DNA of 64,000 bases from the human T2T-CHM13v2.0 reference genome, Homo sapiens, in NCBI RefSeq assembly GCF_009914755.1, contig NC_060943.1; one strand, written 5' to 3'. The notes under the pieces were generated by a model. The model was not told the DNA's origin, searched no databases, and saw only the letters and a list, made by a program, of their open reading frames with translations. Positions 30,421 through 49,498 of this stretch are shown here, one piece after another (positions within the stretch are counted from its first letter, which is position 1; each line of letters starts with the position of its first letter). The translations under genes and the position numbers were made by a program.

Positions 30421-31158
30421 GTTCTCAAACGCCCCTCACCCAGTTTCCCCTCATGTTAGTATCTTACATCTGGGGTCTGCAAATTTTTTCTGCAAAGGGA
30501 CAAAAAGTAAGTATTTTATGCTCTGTGAGCTAAAGGGTCACTGTTGCATATTCCTCTTTGTTATTTGTTTTTTTACAACCCTTTTAAAATGGAAAAGGCT
30601 TTTTAGCCCCGAGCTTTATAAAAATAAGCCAAGTATAAACAAAACGTGGTACATCCCCCGAAACCAAAATGTACCCCCGTGTTCACAGCAGCACGATTCA
30701 CCACACCCCAAAGGCAGAGACACCCAAGTGACCACCGAGAGATGAATGGATAAACACAATGTCATCCATTATGCCACGGAATATGATTCAGCCTGAAAAA
30801 GGAAGGAAATTTTGACATGGGCTAGAGAGTGGATGAACTTTGAGGGCATCACGCCCAGTGAAATGAGCCAGATGCAAAAGGACAAATCCTGTGTAACTCC
30901 ACGCTTAGGAGGTCCCTAGAGAGTGAGCCACACCAAATGTAAACTGTAGCTGTTAGTCAATAATCATGTATCCATACTGGCTCATTAGTTGTAACAAATG
31001 TAGCACATTAATGAGAGAGGGTAACATTGGGGGAAATGCGTACCTTTTCGGGGAGAGGAGATAGGTGGGAACTCTGCCTTCTGCTCAATTCTTCTTTAGG
31101 CCTAAAACTGCTCTAAAAATAGTCTATTAAAAGGGGGACTTGAAGAGACAAATTGTGA

Positions 31159-31387
<229 letters not shown>

Positions 31388-31582
31388 TAGCCAGGATGGT
31401 CTCAATCTCCTGACCTCGTGATCCGCCCACCTTGGCCTCCCAAAGTCCTGGGATGACAGACGTGAGCCACTGCGCCTGGCCTTGATTTTTTTTAAATAAA
31501 GGAGAGGAAGGCCGGGCGCGGTGGCTCACGTCTGTCATCCCAGCACTTTGAGAGGCTGAGATGGGGGGATCACCTGAGGTCA

Positions 31583-32128
<546 letters not shown>

Positions 32129-33273
32129 TCAGTCTTGGCCAAATGGATTTTCTGCTTTCCCCCGAGCCCCTGTGAGTATCATCACAATGTAATACCATGA
32201 GGATCAAAATCTCCTGGCCACTTAAGCCTGGATTAACCCACACCAGAGCCATCCTCCTCACCGAGGGGCCATGGCGGCGAGCGGATCACACAGCAGTCCT
32301 CATGGAATCCGTCCCAATTAGCCTCTGTCGGATTACTCACAGAACCTGCCATCCGTGGAAGGCAGATTAGCCTAGGATGCATGTGTAAATCCCATTTGGT
32401 GAACGAAAGCATATTCTGGAGATGATTAGCTTATTTCTGCAAGATGGCATCAAGTGGGAGATAACACATCTTCATCCCCGTTACACCCACAAGGCTCTGT
32501 GTAATTCTCCCTGAGCCTCATCCCTTTCCAATCCTGATTCCCTGTGGGAGAAACACAATTCCTTCCATTGAAGGGTTGATGCTGTGGGTAAGACCTTTTC
32601 ATCCTCCTGCTCCAAAACCACAGGGAAGGGAGAAACTGGACGTATATTTTTCATCTGTTTACCATGTTCCTGCCCTCAAAGGTACAAGAAGACAAGCTAG
32701 AAAGTAGACGAGGCTGGGTGTGGTGGCTCACGCCTGTGATCCCAGCACGTTGGGAGGCTGAGATGGGAGGATGGGGGCCTAGGAGTTCAAGACCAGCCTG
32801 GGCAACATAGTGAGACACCCCCACCACCAACACCCCACCACCATCTGTACAAAAAATACAAAAATTAGCCAGTCGTGATGGTGTGCCCCTGTAATCACAG
32901 CTACTTGGAAGCCTGAGGCAGGAGGATCACTGGAGCCCAGGAGTTCAAGACTGTGGGGAGCCATGCTCATACCACTGCACTCCAGCCTGGGCAATGGAGG
33001 AAGACCCTGTCTCAAATAAATAAATAAAGACACAGTGACTTTTGCTTGTTCTTTCTTGGGTCATGTGTTCTGGGGGAAGCCAGCTGCCATGTTGTGGGGA
33101 AATGCAGGCAGTGCTGTGAAGAAATCCATGTGTTGCAGAAATGGGCCCTCCAGGCCGGGCACGGTGGCTCACACCTGTAATCCCAGTACTCTGGGAGGCC
33201 GAGGCGGGCAGATCACCTGAGGTTGGGAGTTCGAGGTCAGCCTGACCAACATGGAGAAACCCTGTCTCTACTA

Positions 33274-33432
<159 letters not shown>

Positions 33433-33449
33433 TCAAAAAAAAAAAAAAG

Positions 33450-33511
33450 AAAAGGAAAGAAAGAAAGAAAAGAAAGAAAGAAAGAAAGAAAAGAAAGAAA
33501 GAAAGAAAGGA

Positions 33512-33579
<68 letters not shown>

Positions 33580-33580
33580 A
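33450..33580. repeat. (GAAA)n tetranucleotide, Alu tail
   Basis: Seen directly; Alu TSD agaaatgggccctcca on both sides. Confidence 0.95.
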
Positions 33581-33776
33581 ATGGGCCCTCCAGGCTGGGC
33601 ACAGTGGCTCATGCCTATAATCCCAGCACTCTGGGAGGCCAAGGTTGGGGCAGGTCATTTGAGATCAGGAATTTGAGACCAGCCTGGCCAACACAGTGAA
33701 ACCCTATCTCTACTAAAAAAAAATATAAAAATTAGCCAGTAATTGGCTAATTACTGTAATTATGCCTGTAATCTCA

Positions 33777-35220
<1,444 letters not shown>

Positions 35221-35389
35221 AATAAATATAATGCAAGTAATATAATATCCCACTGACCCACAGAAACTGCAGGATAGTAAATGCTTGCTGTTTAAGCTAA
35301 GTGTTGGGGTAATTTGTTACACAGTGATAGATAACTGGTACATCTGCAAAGGGAAGGAAGGGCTGATCCACATGACTCCTCCAAGCAGA

Positions 35390-35772
35390 TGTTGCTATAG
35401 TTTGAATGTGTCTCCCAAAAAGCATATTGTAGAAACTTTAATTCCCAATGCCACCATGTTGAGAGGTGAGAACTTTAAGAGGTGATTAGGTTATGAAGGC
35501 CCTACCCTCATTAATGCCATCTCTCTTTCTCTCTCCCTCTCACCCTTTCTCTCTCTCTCCCCCCCCTCCTCTTTCTTCCCCAGTTCCCCAATCTTTCATA
35601 TATGTGCTCTTTTGCCCTTCCACCTCTGACGCAGCAAGAAGGCCCTCACCAGATGCCAGCACCTCGACATTGGACTTCCCAGTCCCTAGAACCGTTAAGA
35701 AACAAATCTCTATTATTTATAAATTATCCAGTCTATGGCATTCCATTATAGCAGCACAAAATAAAGACAGGT
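35390..35772 (+). mobile_element. MST-type MaLR LTR
   Basis: tgctatagtttgaatgtgtctcccaaaa...ggccctcaccagatgccagcacc...atagcagcacaaaataaagaca. Confidence 0.75.
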
Positions 35773-36051
35773 GTGTAGTCAAACATTACCTTTTCCTAAA
35801 AGCCAGCAATTGGATTTTTCATTTTCTTGTTTTTCCAATATCTATCAACCTGATAATTGGGAGAGATGCAAAAGCCCAGATGGATAAGGTACATTCACTG
35901 AGGGCAAATCAGAAGAATGACCAGGCCAAGAAAATGATTCATTTTGGCATTTTGCAAATTATCAAGATATGCATGCCAGCACCAGTTTTTAAAACTGAAC
36001 AAATCCACTGGCTTTTATCTATTTCCTACTAAAGCAACGTGGCTTGATCTT

Positions 36052-36245
36052 GACACTATTAAATTGGGGCTTGATTATTCTCTGGGGTGGGGCCGTTCTG
36101 GGCACTGCACAGTGCTGAGTAGCATCCCTGGTCTCCACCTACTCCAGGCCAGGAGCACCCCCAAGTCACGGTACCCACAAATGTCCCCAGACATTACCAG
36201 TGTCCCCCAGGGGGCAGGCTTGCCCCCAGTTGAGACCCAATGCTC
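36052..36245 (-). mobile_element. MER20 variant, solo
   Basis: Near-full MER20 text without the core. Confidence 0.8.
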
Positions 36246-36884
36246 TAAGGCATGTCCCTCAAGGGCAGGACAGCCAGGGACCTGACATTTGATGACAGGC
36301 CTATCCTCCACCGCCCCCCAGGCCCGGCTGCACTTCCTCCTCTGGGAACTGAGTGGGCAGGACGGGCTGTCAGAGCCCCCTTCCCTTCCCACGCTGACAT
36401 TCTGCCAGCACGTGGCAGGGGCGTCTTGTCTCGTTGGAGGCTGGATATAGAAACACAGCCCTGTCCTTTGTGCCATCGCTGAAGTTGTCAACCTCAGCCT
36501 TCACTCATCACCACAGCAACCATCTAAATATGTCACCAGCAAAGTGCTGATTGCAAAGGAAGGGGGCAGAGAGGCCTGGACGGGCTCTCACCCAGGTGCA
36601 GGCGCAGGGGAGGTGCCGGGACTGGGGGAGTGACGTGGCTGCTTCAGAGCCACGAGACTGATGACGGCCAGGCCGGGCGTGACCTGGAACAGGCTCCACT
36701 GCACCCTGGGGCACACAGAACAAAGGGGCAGGCCTGCTTGACCCTGAGGGTTCAAGGTCTCTGTGAGCCGAGGTCAAGGAGGGGGAAGGAACAATCAGAC
36801 GGTTGGCTCTGTGTCCTGCACCCTCAGTGCTCTAGAGACCCTCCTCACCCAGTCCTCTAGGTCACTCTGGGAGGATGGCCCCGG

Positions 36885-37600
36885 CTGACACCGTCTGCCC
36901 CATCGGGAATCTATTCTGGTGTCTACTGTGAGCAGGGAGCAAACTCATTTTTTTGCCAGTTAATGCAAGGTCTCTCCCCTGGAAACCGTGGACATTCAGA
37001 GCTGGGTCATTCTCTAGGGTGCAGCTGTCCCGGACACTGCAGGGTGCTGAGCAGTGTCCCTGGCCTCCACCCACTCCACGCCACGACCATCCTCAAGTTG
37101 TGACAACGACAAATGTCCTCAGACAACACCCAGTGTCCCCTGGGGCAGAATCACCCTCAGTTGACACCCCCTGAATTAGGAAATTCCACGGACCCCCAAG
37201 ATACTCTGTCCCCTGATCTTCTGTCCTGCTGAGGTCCCAGGAGGCTGCACACATTGAAATCCACACCTTTAGTTGGGGGGAGGGAGAGAGGAGGTGAATC
37301 CCACGAGCTGGGGTCCCCTGGTTTACACCGTCTGCCCCATCAGGAGTGTGTCCTGGTGAGCAGGAAGCAGACTCCATTTCTTCTCCAAATAATGAATGCT
37401 GAGTCTCTCCTCCCAGGCACGGTGGACACTGGGGCTGTACCATTCTCTGGGATGGAGCCGTCCTGAGCACTGCAGCACGCTGAGCGGCATCCGTGACCTC
37501 CAGCCACTGCATGCCCGGAGCACTTCTCAATGGTGACAGCCACAAATGTCCCCAGACATGACCCAGTGTCCCCTGGGGGGGGGCAGGATCACCCTGCCGT
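36885..37600 (+). repeat. Partial core-MER20-core-MER20 array, copy F
   Basis: Core tail 36888-36965, MER20 36966-37172, full core 37175-37398, MER20 37398-37600. Confidence 0.85.
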
Positions 37601-37973
37601 GCTGGACAGTCCTCGCCACACCCCACCTCTTGGAACTGGAATGTCTGGTGAGACGGGCAACAAGGATTTGGGAAGAGGGCCATGCGGGACAAAAAAAAGA
37701 AAGAAAATGAGAACGAACGGATTTCTATTTCCCCTCAATGTGAAAATAGCTCCACTGAGTCCCGAGGAAGGATTGGGTGGGGACGTACGCTCTGGTATGG
37801 CCAAGGTGGAGTGCTGGACAAGAGCTACTCCATTCTGACTTCACGACTCGCTGTCTGGCTGGGTGACCTTCAGTCCCTTGCCACTGTCGCTGTGCCTCAG
37901 TTTCCCACTCTGTAGAATGCACATCGAAGCAGCATCCACCCTGTGAGACTGGTTTTGGAGATTACATAAATGA

Positions 37974-38658
<685 letters not shown>

Positions 38659-39230
38659 TAGGTGTGAGCCACCATGCCTGCTTTTTTAGTTTTTACTTTT
38701 CATAGAGATAGGATCTTGCTATGTTGCCCAGACTGGCCTTGAACTCCTGGGCTCAAGCGATCCTCCCTGCTCAGCCTCCCCAAGTGCTGGGATTACAAGT
38801 GTGAGCCACCTTGCCTGGCCAGATTACCTCCTTTCTGGACTAGACCAGAGCACAGCAAAGTGTTTCTGTCTAGGGCAGGATGTAAAAATTTTCAGCCTTA
38901 CGGAACATATGTTCTCTGTTGCAGCTACACAGTTCTGCTGTTGTATTTTGAAAGCAGCCATAGACTATGCATAAATAAATGGGCATGGCCCATCGTGTGC
39001 CAATAAAACTTTATTTATAGTAACAGGTGGCCTGGATTTGCCCCCAATGCCATTGGTTGAGACCCTCGCAAAACAGTCTAAGACAAAATAGCACCATTTC
39101 AGCAACTAAATACTCTCATCTAGGCAGTGTTCCAGTCTTCCATCCTGAAATTAGATGAGGGTCCTGTCAAAAAAGATTCACCTCCGATCCTCAACATCAC
39201 ACGGCAGAGTTAGCACAGAGCATCCCTTCA

Positions 39231-39643
<413 letters not shown>

Positions 39644-40974
39644 TCACCTCTATGTGCTCGCCAGAAAACCTCGGCTGCAAAGGGCATTCGGAATATCTCA
39701 TTTGGGGCCAGGTGCAGTGACTGACACCTGTCATCCCAGCACTTTGGGAGGCCGAGGCAGGAGGATCACTTCAGGCCAGGAGTTCAAGACCAGCTGGACA
39801 ACACAGTGAGACCCCATCTCTACAAAAATAATTTAAAAGTAGGCCGAGCGCAATGGCTCATGCCTGTAATCCCAGCACTTTGGGAGGCGGAGGCAGGCAG
39901 ATCAGCTGAGGTCAGGAGTTCAAGACCAGCCTGGCCAACATGGTGAAACCCCGTCTCTACTAAAAATACAAAAATAGGCCGGGCATGGTGGTGGGTGCCT
40001 GTAGTCCCAGCTACTGGGGAGGCTGAGGCAAGAGAATGATATGAATCCAGGAGGCAGAGATTACAGTGAGCCGAGATTGCACCACTGTACTCCAGCCTGG
40101 GAGACAGAGCAACTCTGTCTCCCAAAAAAAGAAAAAGCAAACAACAACAAAAAAGAAAATCTGAAAAACTGTCACAGGCCAGAGATGGGATCCTGGATGG
40201 GGCCCTGGGGCAGGAGAGGACATTAGAGGAAACTGAGGAAATCTGAACAGAGTGCAGACTTGGGTTAATGAAGATGTATCAATACTGGTTTATTCGCTGT
40301 GACAAACGCACCATGCCATTGGATGTGAATACTAAGGAAAATTGGGTGGTGAGGAGATGAAACTGTCTGCACTGCATTCCCAGTTTTTCTGTAAATCTGA
40401 AACTATTCTAAAATGAAAAGTTTATCAAAAAAAAAAAAAGAGACAGAGAGAAGAGAAGGACGACAGGCAATTAGCTACTTACGCTAGAAAATGCTGTAAA
40501 ATGTGATTGAGGGAACATTAAGTTCATGTGCCAGCATCTAATAATGAGATGATTATGTAAAACCTAGAAAAGAAAGACGCTAAAAACGGGATATGCAAAT
40601 TGGCAGGGGAAATTTGCGCTTATGAAAAGAATGGGAGGGGTGGGGGAACCAGTGGCTGGGCGGTTGGTCTTGTCTCCTGTTTCCCTGGCTCGGTGACGGC
40701 CACCAAGGACCCCAACCCCAGGGAGATGGAGGGGCTGCTGGAGGGAGCCCCCGGAACACCCGAGGCCAATTTCGGCAGCATGGTGTATTCCCTACCAAGG
40801 CTGTCGGCATCCAGGCAGCACTCAATGAATGCCTGCTAAGGGTGCAGCCGCTCCTGGGCTGGAGGAGGGCTGCAGTTTTATGGATGGAAAGTTCTAGAAA
40901 ATAAGGGTGATGCTGTGGTCTGAAGGAAGAAGCAAGACAACTGATAATATGCCGTGACATCCTGATCTTTGCAC

Positions 40975-41181
40975 AGCGGGTTAGATATTGTCACCCACAC
41001 CTGGTGCTGACATTTGGGGCCAATGGCTGTGGTAGGGGGCTGTGCTGAGTACCGCAGGGTGCTGAGGAGCATCCCTGGCCTCCATCCTCTCTATGCTGGG
41101 AACACCCCTCAACCGCAAATGTCCCCAGACATTGCCAAATGTCCCCTGGGAAGTAGGATCATTCCTGCTGAGAAACCACGG
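40975..41181 (-). mobile_element. MER20, solo, closer to ancestral type
   Basis: Retains attgccaaatgtcccctggg and a gagaaaccac-type end. Confidence 0.75.
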
Positions 41182-41465
41182 TCCCACAATATCCAGCTTA
41201 ATCCACCTGACAACCCCATAAGGGATACATATAATCCTCCTTCCACAGATGGGGAAACACACTGAAACGAGGTAAAGTCAGCTCAAGGTCACCACCCTAG
41301 GAGTAAGTCTCAAAGAAGGGGGTGGTCGTGTGTGTTGACTGCCACTTTAGTAACAGAGACCCCTATGCTGGGCAATGCTGGTCTAACATGGCAAGAATCA
41401 GAAAACTACCGCTGTGGGTTGGGCGCGGTGGCTCACACCTGCCATCCCAGCACTTTGGGAGGCTA

Positions 41466-41749
<284 letters not shown>

Positions 41750-41813
41750 TCAAATCCAGCCCACCACTTGCTTTCGTCAATAAGTTTTGTTGAAATACAG
41801 CCATGCCCGTTTA

Positions 41814-42284
<471 letters not shown>

Positions 42285-42828
42285 CTACATCATTACTTCA
42301 AGGCCTCTGACTGTTTTCTTTTGAAACTCTCTGTCTCTCTCTCTCTCTGAGTGCTCCGTTAATATTTTGTTGGAGGAACAAAAACAGCAGGGTCAGCCTC
42401 CTCAGGGGGTGAAATAAGCTCTGTCTGGTGCAGCCTGGTTCTGGCCACGGAGACCCACCCTCCCCTCAGCCTGGCTCCAGAGGAAGGAGCACCAGTGGGG
42501 ACAGACCCACCCCACTGTCGGGGGAGCAGAGACTGGCAGCAGGCCTGCCTCTGAGGCCCCCGCGGGAGCCGTGCTGTCACCTCGACCCCGCTGTCACGGG
42601 GGACAGAGCTGAGGCCTGCGCTCCCAGCGCCGGTGTCTGCAGGCACACAGGTCACCCTGACTCCACAAAGTCAGCCCTGCAGCCTCCAGACGGTCAGACT
42701 TGCTGAGCTAGGACGGCCACTGCGTCCCATGTGGCTTGTTTTCCCAGACCCTGAGCTGCCTCGGGCATGGCTGTGTGACGGGTGTGGAGATTCACAGAGC
42801 ACCCTATTCTCTGAGGGTCACTTTGGTC

Positions 42829-43415
42829 CAGGGTCTCCTCCCCTAGGCACTGCTGAGGCACTGGGGCTGGAGTGTTCTCTCGGGCGGGGCTGTGCTGGGC
42901 ACTGCAGGGTACTGAGCAGCATCCCTGGCCTGCACCCACTCCATGCCAGGAGCCCTCGCCCCGCCCCCCACAAGTTGTGACAACCACAATGTCCCAGACT
43001 TTACCAGGTGTCCCCTGGGGGACAGAATCATCCACCATTGACACCCCCTGGGTTACAGATTCCAAGGACCACCCCTCCCACAAAGAGACGGCATCCCATG
43101 ATCCTCTGCCCTGCTGAGGTCCCAGGAGGCTGCACATATTGATATCCCCACCCTGAGTGGGGAGGGAGAGAGGGGGTGAATCCCAGGAGCTGGGGGTCCC
43201 CCTGATTTTGGGAGTTTATTCTGATGTCTGGTGTGAGCAGGGAGCAGACTCGATATTTTTCCAAATAATTAAAGCAGGGTCTCTCCCCCTTGGAATTCAA
43301 GGATGGATTGTTCTCTGTGGTCACCCTGGGCACGGCAGGGTGCTGAGCAGCATCCTTGGCCTCCACCCAGTCCATGCCAGGAGCTGCCCCTCTCTTAACT
43401 GTGACGACCACAAAT
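42829..43415 (+). repeat. MER20-core-MER20 cassette, copy G (core about 43050-43273)
   Basis: Same core with a small internal deletion. Confidence 0.85.
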
Positions 43416-44014
43416 CAGTACCCAACTATGTTTAAAACTCTCCAGCTGATCTCAGACAACCCACCTTCCACCAACTCCCGCAGCTCAGGAGCCTTTCTGA
43501 TGACCACCCTGGCAGTTGCAGGAAGGCCGAGGACCACCCCGGATCCCCCTGGACACCGGTGGCTCTGAGCCTCGACCTGGCCAGCACCAGCCAAAAGGAC
43601 CAACCCTCCAAGTGCTGACGAACGAGGTGAATGAGGCTCAAGGTGACGTTGTCCGGCCTGCCTTCTGCCTCACACGCTTCCCCCAGCTTCAGCCGCCTCC
43701 CAGAGACCCGAGAGCTGGGGAGGAGCCAGGCAGGGGAACGTTCGTCCTGGCTGAGCTCCGAGGCCATGTCCAGGGGTCATGAATTTGAGGTCAGCCCTGA
43801 GGCGGGAAGGTGACGGGTAGCATGCGGAGCCCCAGAGAGACAACACCTGGCCCATTCAAAGGGCATCAGGCACCGCTCCTGCCCCAGTGGGTGTGAAGCC
43901 CAATGTCATCAGCTCCTCCAACTACTCTGAGAAGCTGGGAGATGTTCTATTGTAAAATCTCCTGATTTTTAGTTTCATTTTATTTTATTTTATTTTATTT
44001 TAAGATGGAGTCTC

Positions 44015-44453
<439 letters not shown>

Positions 44454-44646
44454 CTAACCTCAAGTCATCCTCCTGCCTCAGCCTCCCAAAGCACTGGGAT
44501 TGCAGGCGTGAGCCACTGCACCTGGCCTATTTTTAAATATTTTGTAGAGATGGGGTCTCACTGTGTTGCCCAGGGTGGTCTAGAACTCCCAGCCTCAAGC
44601 AATCCTCCTGCTTCAGCCTCCCAAAGTGTTGGAATTACAGGTGTGA

Positions 44647-44967
<321 letters not shown>

Positions 44968-46620
44968 TAAATGCTGGCAATAATTCAAAGTTTAAAGCCA
45001 CTGGGTTCTACCTTGGCCAGGTGACCAATGTCAACACCACCAGTGTGGACGTCACGTGCCCCTGATGTGTTCTCCCCAGAGCCCTGAACCCCAGACTATT
45101 CAAGAGCAAACATCATGGAAACTCACGTTGGGGGACATTTTACAAAACTCCTGACGAGTCCTCCTCAAAACCACTAGGTTGGCCGGGTGCGGTGGTTCAT
45201 GCCTGTAATCCCAGCACTTTGGGAGGCCGAGGCGGGCAGATCACAAGGTCAGGAGATCGAGACCATCCTGGCTAACACGGTGAAACCCCGTCTCTACTAA
45301 AAAATACAAAAAATTAGCTGGGCGTGGCAGCGGGCGCCTGTAGTCCCAGCTACTCAGGAGGGTGAGCCAGGAGAATGGCCGTGAACCCGGGAGGCGGAGC
45401 TTGCAGCGAGCTGAGATAGCACCACTGCACTCCAGCCTGGGTGACAGAGCGAGATTCCATCTCAAAAAAAAAAAAAAAAAAAAACAAAACAAAAAAAAAA
45501 AAAACCCAGCAGGTCATCAAAACCAATGAGTCTGAGAAGTGTCCCAGCAGAGTGTAAGGAGATGTCGGGAGTCAATGGCATGTGGGTTCCTGGAAAAAAC
45601 AAGAAAATGGAAATAAAGACCGGGCGCCGTGGCTCACGCCTGTAATCCCAGCACTTTGGGAGGCCGAGGCGGGCGGCTCACCTGAGGTCAGGAATTCGAG
45701 ACCAGCCTGGCCAACATGGTGAACCCCTGCCTCTATTAAAAATACAAAAATTAGCCGTGCAGGGTGGCAGGCACCTGAAATCCCAGCTACTTGGGAGGCT
45801 GAGGCAGGAGGATCATTTGAACCCAGGAGGTGGAGGTTGCAGTGAGCCAAGATCACACCACTGGCACTCCAGCCTGGGTGAAAGAGCGAGACTCCATCTA
45901 AAAAAAAAAAAAAGAAAGAAAGAAAGAAAGAAAAATAAAATGTAAATAAAGTGTGGAGTTGAGTTCGTGATAATGTATGGATACTGGTCTTTTTAGAAAA
46001 TTTCTTTCTTTCTTTTTTTAGAGAGAGGGCCTTGTACTGCTTTTGTATATTTTAAACATACAATTGTGTATATTTCCAATATATTTCAGAGTTTTCTTAG
46101 GATACATTTGTGATAATTTGTTACACAGAATTAGCTAACTAATATAGGCTGTTTCCAAAATTCAAAACTACCCTAAAAGAAATCTGAGGCCAGGGACCGT
46201 GGCTCACGCCTGTAATCCCAGCACTTTGGGAGGCCAAGGTGGGCGGATCACCCAAGGTCAGGAGTTTGAGACCAGCCTGGCCAACGTGGTGAAACCCCAT
46301 CTCCACTAAAAATATAAAAACTAGCCAGGTGTAGTGGCACCTTGCCTATAATCCCAGCTACTCCAGAGGCTGAGGCAAAAGAATTGCCTGAACCTGGGAG
46401 CCAGAGGTTGCGGTGAGCCGAGATCACCCCACTGCACTCTAGCCTGAGCAACAGAGTGAGACTCCATCTCAAAAACAAAACAAACAAGAAAAAAGAATCT
46501 GAAATATAATGGAAATACACACAATTGTATGTTTGAAATATACAAAAGCAGTACAATCCACTCTTGAAGGGAATCAGAATCGTCACACTGCTGGGAAAAG
46601 GGCAAGGTCTCCAAAGGTGA

Positions 46621-46947
<327 letters not shown>

Positions 46948-47904
46948 TGACTGTTTTAAAACACAGAGGACACCTGCTGAGATGCAAAGTCAGGGAGTGT
47001 TGAAGAAAACAGAGATCTCCTTATGTGATGGTCGTAACTCGCATTTCCACCCTCGACAGCGCCGACTCCATCGGGCAGCTTTTCTACATAGTCAAGTTTG
47101 AAAACTGTGCCATTGTACGTCACCAGAAACGGACTCGGTTAGAAAACAATGCTCTTTCGTAATGTATACCGTACTACTTTTCCTAAAACGGAACTGTCAT
47201 AACGCCTCCCCCTCTGGCTGAGACTAGAATAGATAAAAATCCAGATTTTCACACACTCGGGACTGGTAATGTTTTAACACATGGAAAACGCGACAGGGTT
47301 ACAGACTGCTTTAGCTTCTCCAAACAAATCCGCAACGGCGCCAAGCACTCCTAACAGTTGGACGTGTTCATAAATGAACCCAAACAGATCACGTTCTCGG
47401 AGACGGATGCACGCCAGAAATTCCTGTCGTGCCCCTGAAGAACTAACAGGTCTCTCTCTGCAACGGTGGACGACTGGTCAAACCCTGGAACCAGCCAGGA
47501 ACAGCAGCAAGTGCACGGGCTCGGGAATGGGAATCTGGCTTTATGGAACCTCCAGGCTCAAGGGGACACCAGGAAGGGACAGCTTCGTGACCAAGCCCGG
47601 TGTGACCCACCAAAAATCTGCAACCACGAAGACCAGGAAATGCCAGCAGTGCCGAGCAGGAGAGGTCGCTTGACGGTAAAGAAGCAGGGAGCGTTATTTA
47701 GCAAACCAGGCTGGTTAAAGAGTAGAGAATATCAGATGTCGCGGCCCCTCTGCAGAGGACAGTTCTGAAGGACAGCGATGACCTAAATTGGCTCCTATGA
47801 GGGACTGCTGGGGGAAATATTTCCCCAGGATCCTATAAGATACAAAGAAAAACATATGAAAACAGAAAAGATATTCCCGACACTTGGGGGTCTCAATGGG
47901 GCGG

Positions 47905-48090
47905 GGGAGGTCTGAGGACATCTGTGGTTTTCACGATTGGGGGGAGCTCCTGGTATGGAGTGGGTGGAGGCCAGGGACACTGCTCAGCACCCTGCAGTGC
48001 CCAGGATGGCCCCTCCCCAGAGAATGATCCAGCCCCAATGTCCACAGCACCAGGGGGAAGAGACTCAAAGTTAATTATTTGGAAGAAAAT
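47905..48090 (+). mobile_element. MER20 variant with the core-junction spacer
   Basis: MER20 followed by the ttaattatttggaa spacer seen in other cassettes. Confidence 0.7.
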
Positions 48091-48094
48091 ATTG

Positions 48095-48500
48095 TTGAGC
48101 CAGATGCCTCAGAATGGGACCTTATTTGGAAACAGGGTTTCTGCAGATGGACTTATTATTAAGATGTGGTTGTGCTGGATTAAGATGAGCCCTAAATCCA
48201 ATAACTGATGTCCTTATAAGACGAGGGAAATTTGGACACAGACCCACACAGGGAAGGGGGCGGTGTGAGGATGGAGGCAGAGACTGGAGCGATGTCACCA
48301 GCCCAGGGGCGCCAAGAACCGCCGGCCACTTGCCAGATGCTGGAAGAGGCAGGAAGGATCCTCCCCGGGAGCTTCTGGGCCGGGAACGGCCCTGCCCACA
48401 CCTTCGTCTCAGACTTCTGGCTTCTAGAACTGCCAGAAAATCCATTTCTGTGGTTTTGAGCCATGCAGGTTGAAGTCATTTTCCATGGGCGCCCTCAAAT
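48095..48500 (+). mobile_element. MLT1A/B/C-type LTR
   Basis: cctcagaatgggaccttatttggaaacagggt...gccctaaatccaataactgatgtccttataag. Confidence 0.75.
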
Positions 48501-49498
48501 ATCCAAACTTCACCCCACAGAGACCCTCCCCTAGGCACCCACATCCTGGCATGTTCAGACACCCTCCTCGTGAACATGCACAGCCCCCAAGGCACCAGAT
48601 AGACATTGATTTCCATCTAGAAGTGTCCGTCAAACCCTCAGCGATATATCTCTGCCGCCCAGGCTAGAGTGCAGTGGCACAGTCTCAGCTCACTGCAACC
48701 TCCACCGCCTGGCTCAAGCGATCCTCCCACCTCAGCCTCCCAAGGAACTGGGACCACAGGCGCGCGCCATCATGCTTGCCTAATTTTTGTTTTCGCTTTC
48801 TGTAGAGATGGGGTTTCACCATGTTTCCCAAGCTGGTGTCAAACTCCCAGATTCAAGTGATCCTACCGCCTGGGCCTCCCATAGTCCTGGGATTACAGGT
48901 GTGAGGCATCGCGCCCAGCCTCTTTGGTGGTTTTCAGGAACAGCTAGTTAGTTATTCTGCAGATGGGGGTTCAGGAGCTTGCACCGCTTCCTAGACCCGG
49001 CTGGAGGGGAGTCGGGTGTAATTTTCAGCCGGGCGGTTGCAAGACTCAAAGAGATGTGTGGCAGAGAGAAGCTGTTCAGACAGCTTCTGGGGTTGCCAGG
49101 AAGAAACAAGCCACTTGCTCCGATCTGCACATTCCCTCCCTGTCCAGGGCTGATTTCCACCCAGGCAGGACTCCCGATTCCCAGAGAATCTCAAAGCAAG
49201 GCATTCTCCTGGCCGTGATCTGGCTCTCAGCTCTAAAGGGACTCCATATCTTTACTGCAGACCCAAATCTGTGTCACCACAGAGGAAAAACGGCCGCTTA
49301 ATTACACTTGCATATATGCTCGCAAGAATTCTTCCAGGGAGCAGGATCTGGGAACGTCCTCTGGAGACAGGGCCTTCCAGGAGACGCTGAGCTCGGTGTT
49401 GGAGCATGGAGGCTGAATCTAATCCATCAACAGGATGCCACAGGGGAGCAGAGAATTCCATTTTTTTTTTTTTTTTGCTTCAATTCCTTTCTATACAA

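Noticed and set aside
35493-36032. 179-aa ORF
   Set aside because: Runs through an MST LTR and a CT tract; no recognisable domain.
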